Positions 1 to 15,203 of a stretch of 64,000 nt of DNA are shown here, piece after piece. The notes beneath the pieces are model-generated. The model ran no database searches. It saw only the letters and a list, made by a program, of their open reading frames with translations, and had not been told where the DNA came from. The number at the start of each line of letters is the position of its first letter. Position 1 is the stretch's first letter. The DNA comes from Chrysomallon squamiferum (taxonomy: Eukaryota; Animalia; Mollusca): the NCBI GenBank assembly GCA_012295275.1, contig CM022672.1, forward strand, positions 20,088,001-20,152,000, written 5' to 3'. The position numbers and the translations under genes were made by a program.

Positions 1-2548
1 CCTTATGAAAGTCTGTATAACACATAGGGTAACAAGTATGTCTAACATTCTGTTTTTGCTGCAAAGAAAATGGTTTGTCACTGATAATAACCGAAGGAAA
101 GCTTGTTTCTGTCTGAAGGAGTTATTTCAGAATCTGAACAGAGAAATTAAGCTGAAGCAATTAGGAAATAAACATTTCACAGATTTAATGTGGGTGAAAT
201 CATCCATTTAAAACAGACAAATGACATATTGCTGAATCACTGAATATCCATCAACACCCCAAAAATAACACAGAAATAAATAAACATTTGAGCCTGACAC
301 AGAAGTAAATATACCAGATCTACTGATTTGTCCAAGTGTCTGTAATTATATAGTATCATGCACATAGTTTAGTTAACTAACTGATTAGTTATCAAATTTA
401 TTATCAGTGACAACAGCCTGGTGAATGACTGCTGCAGAACAGACACCTGTATCTTACTCTATGAAGACATAATAAATATATATTAATTTCAACACAGTTA
501 ACTTCAACATGTATTAATTAAATAAATTATAAATACTAAAAGTGAACTTGTCAACATGTTGATGATGTTCCAACAACAACAGCAACAACACACACACACA
601 CACACACAAAAATAATTTGTTTTTCAGATAGATGCACAGTGGCGTTCTTCTACATATTTCAATATGATCAAAATAAAATCAATATCTTGCCATTACCAAT
701 CTCTTCAGTGAAACAAATTAGTTTTAGACTTATTAATATTTATAATTACATTAATTATACTCATCCGTACTAGTACAGCACTAATAGTTTTCACAACAAT
801 GACAAAAAGTGCAATTTCACATTTAAAGTATTCATGTAATAACAGATGATATAAATCATTGTGTGTATTCCAACAGATGACAATAGTGTATAAAGCCAGC
901 TTCCAAGTTTGGTATATTAAGGCCATTTATCTGCCCTGATTAGTGAAAATGAATGTGCTAAAGAACTTCTTCACATGCTGTGGGCAGAGAGATCAATAGC
1001 AACTGATGGATAAATCAATGATAATCATATTAGATGCATTCTCTGCATTAAGAATCATCTGACACAGCAGGTAAATTAAATACGACATTGTGTTATGTAT
1101 TTACATGTTACTATTTTGACTCTGCAAAAGAAAGAATAAATATCTTAAACAATACCTCAACATACTTTAATACCAATTGCTCTTTATGCATTATAGGTTC
1201 AGTTTTTGCATGATCAAGACAATCTTGTTAAATTATCAACATACTGCTTCCACTGCTTTGGCTACTTTTACTATGGGAACATCTGCATGTTCATTGTAGT
1301 GGACAGAAAAGAACATTACATTGTTTAAGATGCACCAAAAAATGAGCACTGGCTGGAAAACTATCCAAACTGATACGTCACTGTGACTTGATTCTGCAAT
1401 ATGCTGCGTCTGATGAATATCTACTAATGATGAAAAGAATGTTCCCTAACAGTCCAATTACTATTCTTTTTTAAAAAGCCGTTAAGTTAAACATCCAACA
1501 GCTAGAATAATTGAACAAAGTGCTCAGACATCATTAAGCTTACATTCCTTTCCCCCACCCGTGCTGCCTGCATTGTTCTAACAAGCCAGATGCTGAAGTG
1601 TTAAGAACAGGTACACTGCAACTGCAGAATTACACAATCTTTGATGTTTGAAATGCTAATATCCACACTGTTAAGTGCTGCTCGGTTGATGTGTGTGCAG
1701 TAAGTTTATCTTTAATTGCCGGTACAGTCTGACGATTAAATCTCGGACTGCAGCAGATGAAAGAAAATTAACTACTTGAGTTTCGTTACTTACCACTATA
1801 CCTGTCACACTGAACTGAGTTACAATGATTTTGACTTCCCCTGTACCTATAGCAGTCACAATACATTGATTCATCATAATTTTGAAAACCCATGCATCTT
1901 TAGCAAGTACTTACTGTTTTTTTCATACACTGAATTGTAACAGAATCATTTGTGTATGGTGTCATATCATCTCTTTCTACCAGTCTAAATACAAGACTAA
2001 ATGTATGTATATGTGAATACTGTTTAAAATTAAAACTTTAAACAAAAAAAAACACAAACAAAAAAGATATATAAAATAAATATATATAAAAAATAAATAA
2101 TAAATTTAAAATATAGTACATTAAAAAGATTATTCACTTCAATCAGCCACCAAACAATTTTTCAGGACTTATTTTAGCACTTTCTATAAACCATTGACAT
2201 TTTATTGAGAATAGGATACACACCAAGATCATGAATTATTCAGGATTTTTGTTTTTTCAAAAATTGAAACATATTTTAAGTGGCTGAATATGAAAATATG
2301 CTGTGACATTTAAAACCTTTCATGATTCTATGCAAGGGGAAAAAATTCCTTTAAGAAAACTTCAAACAATACAGAATTACTGTTTTTATTATTACTTTTT
2401 TCAGTTTTTTTTTATTATTATTTATTTAGTTAGTTAGTTATTTATTTTTACTTTTTTTTTTTTTTTTTAAATTAAATTAGAATTCTTTGGCCATCAGTGT
2501 ATGAGTTCATGTATAATCTTTTATTATAAAGATCCTTTTTATAAATAA

Positions 2549-2580
<32 letters not shown>

Positions 2581-2705
2581 TATAAAAATAAATAAAAATA
2601 AATAAAACAAAAATTTAAGACAAAAGCTAATATATCCAAGTGTCTAAAAACTGACACCTATTTGTATCAGGAAATGAATCAGGTAAAAAAAAATGTATTA
2701 TACAT

Positions 2706-2868
2706 TAAAATAATTATTATTAAATTATAAATATAAAATAAATTAATATTAAATTATAAATGTAAAATAAATTAATATTAAATTATAAATATAAAATAAA
2801 TTAATATTAAATTATAAATATAAAATAAATTAATATTAAATTATAAATATAAAATAAATTAATATTAA
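2706..2868. repeat. AT-only minisatellite, 29 bp unit x ~5.5
   Basis: TAAAATAAATTAATATTAAATTATAAATA repeated nearly perfectly. Confidence 0.9.
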
Positions 2869-5160
2869 AAAAAAAAAAAAAATAAAAAATAAACAATAAA
2901 CTATCCCCTCAAAAAATACAAATGTTAAAATAGGAAAAGAAAATGCTGTTTATCTGAAAACACTATAAAGAGTATAAACAACCCAATAAAACCATCATTA
3001 CTCATTGAAAAAATATCAACTATCATTTTTTGTTTTAATAAAAAAAACATTTAAAGAGCAGGAAGTACATTTGGGTTAGCTAAAAACTGCTATGTATTGC
3101 TATTCCAGGAACTTCAGAAGATCTGTAACATTTTTGTTTTTCAGACAGTATTTAGTTGTAACTTAATTTCTTCTTTTTTTTTTTTTTTTTGTTTTTGAAT
3201 TTACAGACAATCTCTTTTATTTTTGTATTTTTAACCTTTTTTTTTTTTTTTTTTTTTTTGTGACAGCCATCATCATTTGGGATTTTCAGACAGTTGTTGC
3301 TGTTTTGGTATTGGAACTACTTTCATCACTCTAGATTTTCAGAAAATCATTGTTATTTTATATATAGCCTCTATTACTCAATAATTTTTTTTTTTTTGTG
3401 TTACTTTTGTCAGGCATTGTTTTTTTGTTTTTTTTTGTTATTCACACAGCTTCTGCTGTTTGTATTATTCAGGGTTATTTTGTATTATTCCCTGTGACAC
3501 TCATTACTAAAATTTTTCAGACAAGCCCATGTTATTTGGGTTTTGCAGACATCCTACAGACTGACTGTGTGAAAAGGCAAATTGACACATTGAATACCAG
3601 TTGTCAGCACAGAGATTACTCCAGTCCTGCTAAAGTGATAGTGAAATAACCAGGTGGACTAACTGGTGATAAGCAATCAGTGTAAACTTCAACTAGCCTA
3701 TCTGACCAATCAGCTTGACCAGACTGATACAAGTCAGACTGTGGGATTGTCCAGCTCAAACAAACCTGGCCCTGTTTGCAATCAGTGACATACATCACTG
3801 CAATGATCACAAAAATACTTGTTAATTTATTTTTGTTGTTTTTCCTATCTACCTGTCAGACATCAAGGGTCACTGATTCTGGAGTTGGTTTATAAGAAAA
3901 GAAAAAAAAAAAAAATGAAAATAAATTGTCTGTTGTTATTAAAGATATTTTTGTAAGCAGTTTTGCAATTTTTTTTTTTTTTTTGTCCCTGTAAATAATA
4001 ATAATCTACATAAAGTTGTCAGTGTTTCTGAAATGTATTATCAACTGTTATCTATTTTCCACAGTATACATAGATTTTATTTATTTTTATTTAAAAAAAA
4101 CAAAATTACCATCACTAGCATCACAAATACTACTGTTTTTTCTAGCCTTATCTTGCCAATTTACAATAGAAGAAAGCCAGAAATAACGTTAAAAAAAGAA
4201 GAAAAAAGATTTCATTTTATCTGTCTCAGACTGATTGAATCTTCCCAAGAAAAAGCACAAATTTAAGTCTCTGTGGTTTTATCAAATGAAGATTTTTGCA
4301 TAAGCTGTGATCTGTAAATAAATGAGTTCTTTCCACCACAAGCAATAAATTTACAAAATAATATTGGTTTGTCCAGCAATTAATATAGACAGATCATCTT
4401 ATGACGAGGATGTTGGAGTTTTCATGGCGACAGGGGCAGGGAAATGATTTACTGCAAACCGTAATTAGCATGTCTGATGTCTGCTGCTGATGTTTTCATA
4501 TCCGGTGCATTCTTAAAGACAGAATGATCAAGTATAAAAGTGTTTTTTTTCGCATTTAAAATATATTTTGTAATAACTGTATCATATCAATTTCAAATTT
4601 AGTACAGAAATAGAAAGGATTTCAACTGAAAAATGTTATTTTCAAGACTGATGTCTTATAGTCAGGGTTTCATTTACAGATAAATTTGATAAATGTTTTA
4701 TATAGAAATTCAGACATGAATTTTTGCTACAGAATTAAGTATTATACATTTAAACACAATTGTAAAAAAAAAAAAAATCATCATATTAACATTAAGAAAA
4801 GCATTTTTAAAATGTTATTTATAAAATCACACAAAATGAATATGTCTTACAAATGAAAGTATTTCTTTTATTATTATTTTCAATAACTGTCCAATATGAA
4901 TTACCTACATATACTAACATTTTAAGACTGTTCTTTATTGAAAAAATTGCTCTTTCTGTTGTTATTTTGATTACTACCATTATTGCTGTTATTGTCTGAA
5001 TCATGCATTTATTGATAATAATCTTAAAATGGCAAGAAACACATTTTCAGTTAGGACCCTTATTCTTTTAATCATGATGAAACAGACAGATAGATGCACC
5101 CACCCATATACAAAAAAAAAAAAAAAAAAAGAAAAAAACATAATAATAAACAAATTATAT

Positions 5161-5163
<3 letters not shown>

Positions 5164-5205
<42 letters not shown>
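5164..5205. repeat. (CA)n microsatellite
   Basis: Pure CA run. Confidence 0.95.
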
Positions 5206-5209
<4 letters not shown>

Positions 5210-8200
5210 TATATAAAAAAATAATGTATCAGATTAAAATTAATCAAATGCCTTTTAGATGCAATTATTAAAGATAGCTTTTTCTTTTCCTTTAATTATT
5301 TATTTAAAATTCTATCTGAAAATGCAATTCCATTACCTAATGTTATTTTTATGGGTTATTTTACTGTGGTTTTTTTTTATTATTTCCTTTGATACTGACA
5401 TCACACTACATGCAGTATACACTGACTGTGGCATTAGTCATGAAAACCCAATATTCATGTGATTGATAATGAAATCCGATATTGCCCCGTAATGACTGAT
5501 TAATCAGTGACGGCACCACCATGATGGATATAGTTTATGAGACCACTTGATTATAGACGTAACAGTAACCAATGCCTCTATGAGGTAATCACTCAAACAC
5601 ACTCAATGCAGTCACAGTTCAACGACAGGTAAGTGCTAATGTTGAAGCACCACTGTACAGCCCCATAAGCAGAATCACAAAACTGATTATTAAAAAAAAA
5701 AAAAATCCAACACAGTTAATGGTATTCAGACATGACAAATTAAAAGATCAGGCAATGTTGGTTGGTGCCTGACTGTCGTAGTCTATAAATCAAACATCTT
5801 GTACATGTTTGTGGTCATGGAAGTGAAAATCTGATACTGGCTGTTTTGAAAAGAAAAATGGATTTATAGGGGAAAAAAAAAAAAAGAAGAAAAAACCCAA
5901 CCCGATGTGACTTCTTTGTGTGACATTCCAACCCAGAAAAATTTCACACTTTTTAAAAGAAGTAAATTATTTTGACAATGACATGTACCTTGTGGCACTT
6001 TGCACTATTTAACCGTGGATATTAATCAAAAGTGTCTTGTTTCTGTTTCTTCCCCAATGCATTCTGATGTTTCATTATTCAGATATAATTATTGTTGTTT
6101 TGAAATTTTGTTTATATACCGTCTAAATAAATCCATACAAAATGCACAAATATCATAAATGGGTAATATATTTATTAAATTCTGGACATGTGAAAATGCA
6201 AATAAGTTATAATTCTGGCAAAGAAAAACAATCTTTATGTATCCTATGTTACATGAAAAACCATAAATATGACATTTTAAAATAACATTCAGTTTTAATA
6301 ATTATACGACTTTAAGTTAAATGCTCAAGGTGAATGAATTTTGATGATGAATGTATAATTATCATCCATTAAATGGCAAAAAAAAAAAAAAAAAAAATTT
6401 ATATTTCTTTTCATTCTGTATTGATATTTCAAGAGTGAAATTAAAAACAACATGAAAATATTATTTTTTTCTTCTATACTTTTTTTCCCAAGATGCCTTT
6501 TTTTTTTTTTTTTCATGTTTTATTGGTGAGGCTAGTGGGACCAGAGTATCACCAAACAGCTTTGCCTGGCTCCAGCCGTTAATCAGCTGACCAATCAAGA
6601 GGTCAAATAGCTGGGTAATAGAGCTGAGCCAAGCAATTTTCTGCCCAGAAGAATGATTACAAACCAACCGTTATAGCAAATTAGGCAATGCTTCAACAGT
6701 TAGAGATGACATTCTATTTTGAGCTATCAGAATCTGACAGCTGGCTTTTCATTGGCTAATTAGGCAGTCTATGACAACAAAAGTGAGCATTGGGATCAAG
6801 TGAATGCTGTTGTTGATGTTGTTGTTGCTGCTGCTGTGGCTGTTACCTAATCACAATAACATTAATAACAATTATTAAAATTTTACTGTATAACCAATAT
6901 CAGTGGCCAGCATTACCACTGAAGAACAGAAAATAACAAACAACACTGATTGTGAATAATTTATACAAACAATAATATACTTGTATCAAACTACTGAATT
7001 AATGCACTTCATATCTTTGCATAGTCAGCTGATTGGTGATAACAGCTTGTTGACCATAACAATACCCAGTGGTCAGTACAACAATAATATGCTAATTATT
7101 TCATTATAGATAAAGCCTGGTAATTACATTTAGTACATACAAGGATTTATCTTTTGTATATCATATTTAGATATTCTAAATAATAATGCAAGTCTGACAA
7201 TTATATCATTGTTTTTAACATCAATGAACTGTACAAAAATGCAAAAGAAAAAACGACAACACAAAAATAAATAAATAATCAAACAAACAGCAACAAAGAA
7301 AAAAAGAAGAAAAAAACAAACAAAAACAGCAACACTCATAACAATGGACTATTTTCAATTCAGTTTAATGATTGATTTATAAAGCTTATTTATATGTTTC
7401 TTATATAATTAAATTAAACTTATTGATTAAATGTTAAAAAATCTGTTGATGATTAGAGATGCTTCATTTAGCTTCTGCTAATGGATATGTAAGTTGGGTT
7501 TATGAATCAATAGCACATAAAGAACAGTGAAAGAAAATGACAACAGAAGCCAATAGCACTTGAACAGTAATTTAGAACCACTCTGCTTCTCAGCAGGATT
7601 CTAAACCACTGCTTTGTAGAAGATGTCACACTTTTCTGAGTGACTTATTTTGTCACCTAAAATAATTGAGGTGGGCAAAAAGAACAGCAAGTTTTATTGG
7701 CAAAATCTTGTGTAGCAGTTTCTATGAGATTGTCATGGGTCCTTGTGGGAAAAAACCCACAAAAAAACAAGATATTTCCAATTCTAACTCACACACAAAT
7801 AAAATAAAACATTTGTCAGTGCTATTATTAAAAGTTTAACATTACAATTTAATTTTCCTTTTATTTTACCAAATACAATTAATAAATAATCTTTAGTATC
7901 TAATATCAAAAGACTGGATAGACTACTAAAGGTTTGAGACTGAAGCCAAGTCTATTCACAACGAGGATAAGACACACTCACCCACCCACACAGACCCACA
8001 TCCCCACACATCTCTGATCAGAGATTTCAAACATGACGAACATGTGTTTTGTCTGCAGCATACACCCAACCACTCCCTACAGGAAAACCACCGGTACAAG
8101 CAGAAAGGTCACTGGAAACTGGCTGCCATTTCAAATAATACCAAAGTGAACATTCAAAGCATTCACGTTTAATCAGTGAGATCTGTGAAGTGTATCATGG

Positions 8201-8369
8201 GAGATCATGAGATATCTCAGTAACATCGTGCCTTGTTTTTTAACACAATACGTGTATCGTGTACATATTGCATTTATTCTGTTTACACATGTTTTCTGTC
8301 ATTGCTAGAAAACGTGTTAAAACACACTGCTATTTTCTCATCTTTTTGTCCCAAAGGTACCAGACAGCT

Positions 8370-8371
<2 letters not shown>

Positions 8372-8451
<80 letters not shown>
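8372..8451. repeat. (GA)n microsatellite, ~40 units
   Basis: Pure GA run; it is the source of the ERERER ORFs. Confidence 0.97.
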
Positions 8452-8453
<2 letters not shown>

Positions 8454-10257
8454 TACTGTGTGGTATGATAGTTATACCATGCCAAAAGCTCTTTTTCAAA
8501 AGATCTTTTTAAAATAATTTTTGTTTCTTTTTTTATCCCTTTTCTCTCTTTCAGAAAGACAGAAACAAAAATTGTAATGTATACAACAAATGTGGTTTAA
8601 GATTTATGTGAGCTGTAAAGTTTATGACACATACTAAGATGTTTATGAAGTCAACTTAGTTAAAATAAATTATATAAATATTTCAAGTTTTAAAATATCA
8701 GATGATATTTAAAAATGCTGTATATTTTTCAGACATGTGGAAAATGTTAGCCTTTATCCATCCATCCTCATGAACTTACTTTCTACTTATTAAACTTCAT
8801 TTGTACCAAAGATTTGCAATTAAACTAATATAATTTCTACAATCTACAGTCTGAATCTAAATATTAAAAAAAAACGAAAACAATAATATTAATAACAAAA
8901 TAAAGTAAAAATAAACAAATAAAGTGAAATAAATAAGAGTTTCATGGCTTAATAAAAAATAAAAAAACACAAAAAAAAAAACTAAAAAATTCTCAAAACA
9001 AAACAAACAACAAAAAAAGAAAAAAAGATTGGATAACCTTAGGAGTGTAACTGACACTTGACATTATTTCTGCTCTATGTTTGTTTAAAAGCAAACTTTT
9101 TTTTGGATCATTACAAAATAAACAGCATATATATTACCAGATACATACTTGAAAAATTGAATAGTTTTTAATTTGGGCTTAGACAAAGATATTTAAGTAA
9201 ACAGTTATTGCAATGCATTGTGTATTCACACAGACACACTCACTGAAACAGAAAGACAGTTACACACATAAATATAATTATACAGACAAAGACGGACACA
9301 CACATGAATTTCATATTACCAAATTTTTCACCTATTTCAGGAAATGCTATTGATGTACATGCCACATTTTATACCTTTATCAGTGATACATTTATCCTAT
9401 TGTATACAAATGTATATGTTGCAACATTTTTTATTTCATCAGTTGTAACAGAGTTCCATGATCAGATATACAGATGTAGACATCTGATGATAGTACACAT
9501 TCCATCTGGATATTTTATCATAAACAATTATCTAACAGAGGCATAATGAAAAAAGTGGTGTTGAATATCACGTATATTTTACCCATGAATGTCACATAAC
9601 ACTTACTACTGACTGTAGTTATCAGTGGAAGATTTCAGATAAAAAAACATTATAAAGAAAAACTTTGTGCTGAGACATAGAATGATAGAGGTAAAAAAAA
9701 AAATAATGATAATAATAAAGTTAAAAAAAAATAATAATAAAAAAAAAATAAAAAAAAAAAAAAAAAAAAAAAGATGGTGATAATAATAATTAAAAAAAGG
9801 TAAAGATAAAAACAAATATAAGAAACATTAGAGATACATTCAGAGTCTGGTAAATATAACCCATGAGGCAGAATAGCAGGAGAATGTTTAGAGAAGTGTC
9901 CTGTTCCTTGCTTGTTTGTGTATAGAACAGTTGGCTGAAAATGTGTTACAAATCAGATTAGCAACATTTACACTGGTTTGTTATGACAGACAGCATGTGC
10001 CATAGGTTAAACACTGGTGTAAGCGAGTCAGGAAGACAATAATAACTACCATTACTGACCATGAGTAAAAACAGTGATGCAGAAATTTAAAATAAAAAAA
10101 TAAAAAAAATTCACCCAAAACATTACCCAATGTTAATGTAAAATTTGATGGGAAAACAGAACAACACAGTTTGATGGTAAAATGAAATTAATGTACATTT
10201 CAGTAATTTTAAATAAGATTTAAAGTTGGATGGGTAAACAGAATATAGTTTTAAACT

Positions 10258-10453
10258 GAGATGACAGAATAAAATTAATGCAGGTTTAATTAAAAGATGG
10301 TTAAAACAAAATGTATGTTTTAAATGATGTAAAATGAGATGACAAAATAAAATTAATGCAGGTTTAAAGTTAGATGGTTAAAACAAAATGTATGTTTTAA
10401 ATGATGTAAAATGAGATGGCAAAATAAAATGAATACAGGTTTAAAGTGAGATG
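10258..10453. repeat. Tandem repeat, 77-78 bp unit x ~2.5
   Basis: GAGATGACARAATAAAATTAATGCAGGTTTAA...AAATGATGTAAAAT units start at 10258, 10336 and 10413. Confidence 0.85.
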
Positions 10454-13419
10454 CTAAAAGCAACTGCAAGTTTCACATTAGTTGGTTTACTGTTCAAATT
10501 GACACTGTAAACAGCAAACAGTTTTATCTGGTGAACTGTTTATTGTACACGAGTCATGTTTGGTTGTTTCTAGTCATAAAAACTGTGGTCATTCAGAGAT
10601 ACATTGGGATATCAGATCTTTTGAGTTACAGAATGAATGAATGAATATGTGTTTAACAGACACCTGAGCATATTTAAATCTTAATATTTATCTGGCATAA
10701 AAAGATTTTCTAGTTTAATAGTCATATTATTTACTGCTATGGAGACATTTAAAATTACTTATTTATGGATACCATGACAGATATCTATTGAAACACAAAC
10801 TATGCCAGTGAACAATTACCTTTTAAAAAGAAAGAACAGCATTGTTCACTGTAACCTAATGAATTCATGACAGTCTACAATTTTCTTTTTGTTCATTTTT
10901 TTGTTATATAAAGAAATCTCTCTTCCATTCAAAAAATTACACAAAAGAAATCACTAAAATTGAAAACAAGGTATCCTTTGGGGCATCTGGTTTCAAAAAT
11001 GGAAACTATATCTTTACGTTAGAAGATAAGCTAAAATAAAATATTTTTCAAGTGTTTTCCTGTCTATAGGAGAGTGCATGTTTACTGATAATAAGTTAGC
11101 AGGTATTATGATCAAAGGTTTATGTAAACTCAGTAACAGAGCTTTTTAAAATAGTATAGGATCCCTTGATCTTCTTTTCATTCTAATCAGTTGTCTAACA
11201 CAGATCTAGATTATATGCCCAAGATAGATATGCTTGAACCAATGGAGGAAAGGACATATCAGAAGTCTGACTGATTTATTAGGTTCTAGACATGTAACTT
11301 AGGATATGCCTTACTTTAAAGAAAGAAATATCTTAATAATGACAACCTAACTCATCATAAGTTATTATGTGTCAAATGTGAGGTATCTATGACAGGCAGT
11401 CTGGAACATGTAGCAAGTTATTACTCTTTGCTACTATTCACTAACGAGATTCAACCTTTAACCTCTGAGAGCATCACTTACATATCACTGAACTGAGTCC
11501 AGCTCCTGCTGAGCTAAAAACAGCAATTTCATGCTTTGTTCATTATTAGTTCCCTCGTGATTTGCTCTTTGAATGCAGATCTGCAGGTAGCTATAATATA
11601 TACTGCATACAATATAGTTAATAGCACACCTTAACTAATTATCTAACACTTGTATTCAATAGAGAGACAACATTACTGAGAAAACTGTCAACACCTGTTA
11701 CTTAAATTTATGTAAGACTGTTGTTATTTTTTTGGCACTGATGGATGGCGATAATTTCATGTGTGCATATTCTTTGTATGTATGTGTGAATGTGTTTCCC
11801 ACATTTTATTACTTTTTCATCATTAATTATCTACTCATAATTATACCTTGTACATTATTTTCTTTCTTGGTCTAGTAAACATTTATAAGCATATACAGCT
11901 TTTCTCATATACACGTAAAATACATGTCAATGTGTTGAATAATAGATTCGATAACCTAAATGTCACGAGATAAATCTGGTTATTAACCCTTCGTGTTTGT
12001 TTTAATGTCAATGCTCTTGTAACTGAGCTCTGCTACTTTATCACTGATAAACTCACATGACATTTACACATGTGTACTTATATATATAGATATACAGACA
12101 GAAGTGTGTGTGTGAGTGAATGACTTGAATGCAAGATGGAGTGAAAGAGCGTAAATACAGAAATGTGAGACTGGGATTATGAGTAAAAATGAAAGTGAAA
12201 CAAGTACAGGTATGCCAAATGCTTTTTATGTTTATCTGATACTTTTTTAAAAACATTTTGTTTAAGTCACTGAAAAAATTGAGATAATAATCAAATATTT
12301 GAAATATGCTTAGACCCTAAGAAGGTTTTAAGTACACATCTTGGAACACAAGAGACAGGGTTTTGTTGCTGCTGTTGTTGTTGTTGTTTTTCTAGAGTGT
12401 TAGTGTTTATTAACTTTATTTTAAATTATTATTGTAAAATCTGGTTTTATAAATCTATACAAATATCTAGTGTACATGTATGAGTCAGGTGTCATGTTAT
12501 AAAACCAACCAGCTCTGCAAACATCTGTTCATTTTTGATGAAAAAGTAGAGAACACAACTAAAAAAATCTTTAAATAAAATAACATTCAGCTGTAAAAGA
12601 AAATTTGTAAAATTTAAAATAAAACTTGTGGGGACTTGCTCCTTTTGTTGAGGGTAAAAAAAAAATAATAATAAAAATAAAAACAAAACAAAGTAAAGGA
12701 AAGGAAAGAACACTGGTTTCTAAGATCCCACCAACATGGCAATATGGCTGACAAGGCAGGGATCACATTTCACATGGTAAACATCAGATCATATTTTACT
12801 GCCAATTATGTTTCTGGATGTGCCAATATCCTCCAATACAATGTGGCACTAGTAGCTCATTTCAAGAAATGTCAAACAAAATGTTGATAATGTGCTAAAA
12901 GCAATACATCACAAACTGGTGGACAAGGTTTCAAAAGTTTTCAACAAAAAGTGCAAAGTGCTTTCTCTATAATGAAAAAAGAAAAAAGAAGAAGAAGAAA
13001 AAAAAAAAAAAAGAAAGAAAATTGAATGAAAACACATGCCATATATCAACATGTAAAACTGCATCACTGAAATGTTATCTGTGGAACTTAGAAGTTTAAA
13101 ATACAAATGGCTGGAGGTGCAACACAGATGACAAGGAATAAAAAGATTGCTAAAAACACTGACTGATGAACATGGCAATAAAATGTTCACAAAATCCATT
13201 TTGATAATTGCATTATTCTTTTTTTTCTAAATCTGGGTTTTGTCCAAAAGAAGCTTTTTGAGGGTATGACTTAGATTTCAGAAAGTTTTAATAGCCTTCT
13301 CCAGATATAAATCATGGAAATAATAAATGAATTACTTTTAAGATGTAGTGAAGATTTTATATCATTAACTAGAATGTTAAATCATTTGGATACAGACAAG
13401 AAAGGAATAGGAGATAATA

Positions 13420-13750
13420 GCTGAATCTAAAGCAATATACAGCTAAAAGAATAACCCAGAGTTGGGCAAATAGTAAAAAATCGTAAGAATCTATCGATGG
13501 GCAAACAACAAAAACCTGTAAGAATTTAAATGTGAACAAATAAAAACAAATATCAAAGTACCACCAAACAATGGAAAACTGTAAGAATCTAGATATGGTT
13601 AGAAAGTAAAAAACTGAGAATCTAGAGATGCTAAACAATATAAAACCAAGAATCTAGAACTGGGTAAACAATGGAAAAGTGTAAGAATCTAAAGAGTAGC
13701 AAAGAATGTACAATCTTAAGAATTTAAAAATTTATAAACAATGGATATCT
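13420..13750. repeat. Degenerate minisatellite, ~33-35 bp unit
   Basis: Recurrent AAACAATGGAAAACTGTAAGAATCTAGA-like units, with the core at about 13485, 13520, 13583, 13616, 13648, 13683 and 13718. Confidence 0.75.
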
Positions 13751-15162
13751 AACAACAATCTGAAAAATTTAGAACTGAATTTACAATAAATAATAAGGAA
13801 TTTTCAGATGAATGAATAACAATCAGTGAAAGTCTTTTTAAGTTGGATAAACAATGATTATGGTAACTAGATGAATTTAGAGACTGATCAACAGCTGATG
13901 AATCTAAAGAATTATCTGAAACAAATCAATGATTTCTGGGATGAATGAACTGCTATGTGAAAAAATATGAATTAATCTGACAAGTGGTTAAATATGTTCA
14001 AAGGTAAATGACAGAACAAATTAATGGATAGATTTATGGATGAATGAACAAATGAATGAAATAATAAATGTCCATGATAAATGGATATATGGAAGTGATT
14101 AAGTGCTATCAGGTTTATTACAGGCCTATACATAGCTTATGAATTAATCAACAAAGTATAAATAAATAAATAAATAAATAAATAGATAAAAGGCTTGTGA
14201 ATAGAACAGTATAAAGATTAAATTTTATTATTCTAAACAAAAGTTCCAGCATTATTTTTAAATGAAATAATTTGAAAATTAATCCTTTCTGAATGTTTTA
14301 TTGTATTTTAAATAAAGTGAAAACTTATTGATTTTCTTTTATTCCATTTTTATTTTTATATTAATATTAATTTTTTTTTATTGTTCTCACTAAGATGTTT
14401 TAAAAATTATTTAAATTACTTGTTTTCAATGATTTTCTGCAAATGGGTCAGGGCTGATTAATTTCTAATAATGTTTGAAGTTTATTAAAGAAATAATTTT
14501 AAAAATTAAAAACATAAAAAAAAAAAAAAACACAATGTTACCTTGATAATATTACAATATTAGTTGACCTTTTGTGTTCAAAAAATAAAAAAAAATATTG
14601 GTTGATATTTTGTAACATATAATGATATATCAAAAGTATTTTAATTATTATTTAAAAAACAACAACCCACAATAACAATGCACTCATTTACAATTATACT
14701 TCAAAGAATGCTGCAGCTGTACATGTATGCTTCATTTTCTATATGGTGGGTGATAATGTTTAGGATGTTTAAGATGATGGACTGTTCATGCATGTTTAAC
14801 ATGGGCAACTCTGACTTTGCCAGAGAGTTGTGCACAAGACTTACATACTTCAGTGAGTGGTCTTTGTTTTTTGTTGTTTATTTGGTAAGTAAAACTCATC
14901 AAAGCAGCAGGAATATTATTTACTTGGAATTAATGAAGACAGAATTGACATACTAGTAAAAACCAAGATCTAATAATTAAAATAAAAATAAATTATAGAA
15001 GTATGTTTGTGTGCTTCAGTATATACTCATTTGTCAATCTATCCATTCATTCATTCATATTTTTATGCATAAAGCATTCTTCCTGTATGTTTGTTAATGA
15101 AATAAAAATGAAAATAAAATAAACTATAATATAATATAAATTTTAAATTCTTTTAAAAAATA

Positions 15163-15203
<41 letters not shown>

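Noticed and set aside
8233-8517. RE-repeat proteins
   Set aside because: These are translations of the (GA)n microsatellite.
13420-13750. CRISPR-like array (~35 bp periodicity)
   Set aside because: The units are degenerate copies of each other, with no constant repeat plus unique spacer. The context is eukaryotic and there are no cas genes. It is a minisatellite.
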